DNA of 40,445 nucleotides from Octopus bimaculoides (Eukaryota). Numbering within the stretch: the stretch's first letter is position 1; every line of letters starts with the position of its first letter. The notes under the pieces are model-generated. The model made no database searches. It was given only the letters and a program-made list of their open reading frames with translations, and was not told the origin of the DNA. Below, piece after piece: positions 37,401-40,445 of this stretch. The stretch lies in NCBI RefSeq assembly GCF_001194135.2, contig NC_068981.1, forward strand, positions 42,202,942 to 42,243,386. Reading direction: 5' to 3'. The position numbers and the translations under genes were made by a program.

Positions 37401-37800
37401 ACTAGACTGCAATGCACAAAACCATTGGTAAATTCACACTGTGAACGAGTACGAATGGTTTGCTGCTGCCATAACCAGTATCAATATTGCTGTACAAGAA
37501 TAGATTAGCTGTAGAGCTAATATAATATGTATTCACCTAACGCTATGGGTTCGTCGTCGCACATCGAAGTGTGCGATATGTCTCTCAGTAATGGAAAAAT
37601 ATGTGGCTTGTGTGTTGAGCTTTGGCAATCTACTTTCATACTGTAGGTTTGGTCAATTAGAATTAATGTGGGTTATATGAAAGAGATTAGATAGATGCAT
37701 TGAGTAATTTAGTGCTGGATACACTAATTAAAAAGAAAGAGATTGAGGGGGAGAGAGAAAGAAAGAAAGGGACAGAGTGAGACAGATAGAGAGAGAGAGA

Positions 37801-37860
37801 GAAACTGAGAGAGAAACTGAGAGAGAAACTGAGAGAGAAACTGAGAGAGAAACTGAGAGA
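37801..37860 (+). repeat. Five perfect copies of the 12-mer gaaactgagaga inside a GA-rich tract
   Basis: Direct reading. Confidence 0.95.
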
Positions 37861-39118
37861 GAGAGAGAGTAAGAGAAACAGATATATATATAGAGAGAGG
37901 GACAGACAGGGAAAGAGAGAGAGAGCGACAGTGGGAGAAATTACTTGACAAATTCTCATCATAGGGCTCAATATACAACAATCTAAGATAAATATTACAT
38001 AAAATATTTTCATATTAATGAGTTTTATACATAAATATTAATATTCAAATATTTACCCTCTCCCTTTTACGTAAGCATCTGCATTTTAACGATAATTATT
38101 TCTCAATACACATTTATATATTCAGATATATTCACCTATATACAGAATATACGCATAACCACAGGTTACTTGATATTTGATATGTAATTCAACATTTTAC
38201 TAATGCTTTCTCAGTCCAATGAAGACATTTAATGTCCATTATGTATTTCGCTCATTTTATATTGATATTTTGAATTATTCTATTACGAATATTTACACCA
38301 TTAAACAGTGAAAATCATATGCACCGGAAGTATTCCTCATAATTTACAGAGAATGATCATATAAGTAACTATTTATATTTCATTTTGATGCGAATAGTGG
38401 AATTACTAAATGGTTTCCATGGGCTGGCTATATTTCGTTTATAGTTCAGGAACGGGTGTAAAGTACGACACATTTGACAAAATTATATTTCAAGAGAAAT
38501 TGTGAATGCATATAAGAATACATTTATCAATACATATAAATAGGAAGAGTTACGTATATAAGTATATATTTACTAGATTTTATACATATTTCATTTCTAT
38601 TAAATCACCTTCTTTGATCATAATGTAATTCACTGTCTGAAGTTTGCTAAAAGTATTCAGTTAAAATTACACTAAGTTAAATATCAGTTAAATAGGTTCA
38701 TACACATGTATATACATACATATACTCAGAGAAAGCTATAAGATGATGCACATGCACCCAGCTCTGAGTGCATTGAATCTTATATCAAAAACAGGTGTAA
38801 GCTAATGAAGTTCATCGCATAGACATTTATATTAATATATCTTATTTACACAGAGTACAAAATACAGAGAAAATTAAAGAGGTGGAAGAAATGTGTTATA
38901 AGTCCAACAGCTGTATCTGGGATCTTGGCGATTTACCATAATGGTGTGGTAGATGTAGTCTGTCCCAATATGCGGTCATAATGGAAGCAATCAACATTGG
39001 ATAAGTCGAGCCTCCGACATCAGGATAAGAAATGGTCATACATTTTAAATCTTAATGCGGAGAAGTTCAAAGATGGCATGATCAAATGTGGTGAGGTAAC
39101 CGTAAGCAAGCAAGTAAG

Positions 39119-39186
39119 TATGTATGTATGTATGTATGTATGTATGTATGTATGTATGTATGTATGTATGCATGTATGTAGGTATG

Positions 39187-39220
<34 letters not shown>

Positions 39221-39221
39221 T
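39119..39221. repeat. (TATG)n microsatellite
   Basis: Direct reading. Confidence 0.95.
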
Positions 39222-39789
39222 GATGCACAACACACTATTCAGTCAGAAGGACTAAACTAAATTTAAATAAATGCTAGAAAGTCTGGCTGCGAGAGAAATA
39301 AGAGTGTAGCTACATTCCTTGTACGATTTCGCTGCATAGTAGAAGGAGAAGGATCTCCCTACGGACGATTTTACTGAACGGTTTGTTTGTTGATCGGTCT
39401 TCTGAGAGGACGCACACACATACATACAAACACAGACAGAGACATAGAGACACAGAGACACACACACAGAAACAGGTAGACAGACACACACACACTTGGA
39501 CATACATACACACATACACATACACACATATACATACACACATACACATATACACGTACATACACGTATGTACGCACGCATTCACACCAAACACATACAT
39601 ATGCTGGAGCTAGTTACCTAAATAAAATAATTTTAGACTTATCTACGTTTTAAATATTTCACGTATTCTGGATTACATTGAGTTGTGTATGACTATACAT
39701 TATTTAATTAACTACTGTGATTGACTAATATATTATATATGCACGTCAGAGACTTGTATATAATGGACTCAGTTTCTGTCTGCAATTCT

Positions 39790-40419
39790 CTATTCAAACG
39801 TAACCCATTGTTGCAAAAAAAAAAAAAAATGGGTTGTTTACAAAAATGTGAAACGAAAAAGTCCCTGGAGGAACCGAAATGAGCTACCTTTAGCCATTCT
39901 AAAACATGTCATTGATGTTAGGTATCTGATGTGATTGAGAGGACATTGTGAACTATGAGTTCCTTCGGCAAAATGAGACATTGAATTCTGGCAATTATTG
40001 TTCCCAATGAAACTGATTAAGGGAGGCAATCGTTGAAAAACTTCTAGAACTAGCCGATAGAAAGGGTGCTGTCTTATTCCAGGACAACGCTAGACTTCAT
40101 TATTCCTTGCAGATGCGACAGAAATTGGTACAGCTTGGCACATTTGGATTACTATATATTTCGATCTCTACAAAATTCTATTAATGAGAACTTCAATTGC
40201 TTGTAAGACTATAAAAGCCCCTTACAACAGTTAAAGCCCCTTAGAACATGATCTACAAAGATGCCAGGAATTGGGTGGATGGTTTTATGAATCTGCTGCT
40301 TCAAAGACGGCAAAATAAAGTGGAGCAAAATAGAACGTATGAGGCTGAATAAAAGTATGTGAAAATATATATTATTTTTGAATATTACTTAAAAAGTGTT
40401 CTAACTTTGTTTCAACTAT
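39790..40419 (+). mobile_element. Decayed mariner (DD34D-type) transposase C-terminal half with degenerate right end
   Basis: WVVYKNVKRK, VML.I*CD, YEFL.QNETLNS..YCSQ, ELADRKG..FQDNARLH.SL..RQKL, DYYIFRSLQNS, EQNRTY. The first Asp is replaced by an A15 run and the HPPYSPD segment is deleted. Ends in a TA-rich repeat. Confidence 0.85.
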
Positions 40420-40445
40420 ATATGTATATATATATATATATATAT

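Noticed and set aside
1-40445. CRISPR arrays, operons, tRNA or rRNA genes
   Set aside because: None found. The B-box-like motifs belong to SINEs, and the context is eukaryotic.

Overview
AT-rich eukaryotic DNA from a gapped short-read assembly. It has ten N-gaps, most flanked by microsatellites. The SINE and LINE repertoire resembles what I recall from octopus genomes (inference, not checked). No host protein-coding gene, RNA gene or prokaryotic system can be supported, and most ORFs in the supplied track are microsatellite or N-gap artefacts. The window is a dense collection of mostly decayed transposons. (1) R4/Dong-clade non-LTR retrotransposons with RT, CCHC knuckle and restriction-like endonuclease: copies ending in (AAT)n, plus a second family repeatedly tied to (ACAT)n/(CTAT)n arrays. 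(2) Penelope-like elements with GIY-YIG endonuclease, two followed by degenerate hammerhead-ribozyme folds. (3) A nearly full-length BED-finger hAT transposase with its left end. (4) Three Tc1/mariner relics, including a DD37D (maT). (5) A Helitron-type 3' end, a ~330 bp foldback MITE candidate and many tRNA-derived SINEs. The most interesting pattern is repeated insertion of LINEs and SINEs into specific microsatellites. I did not find a clearly novel intact system.
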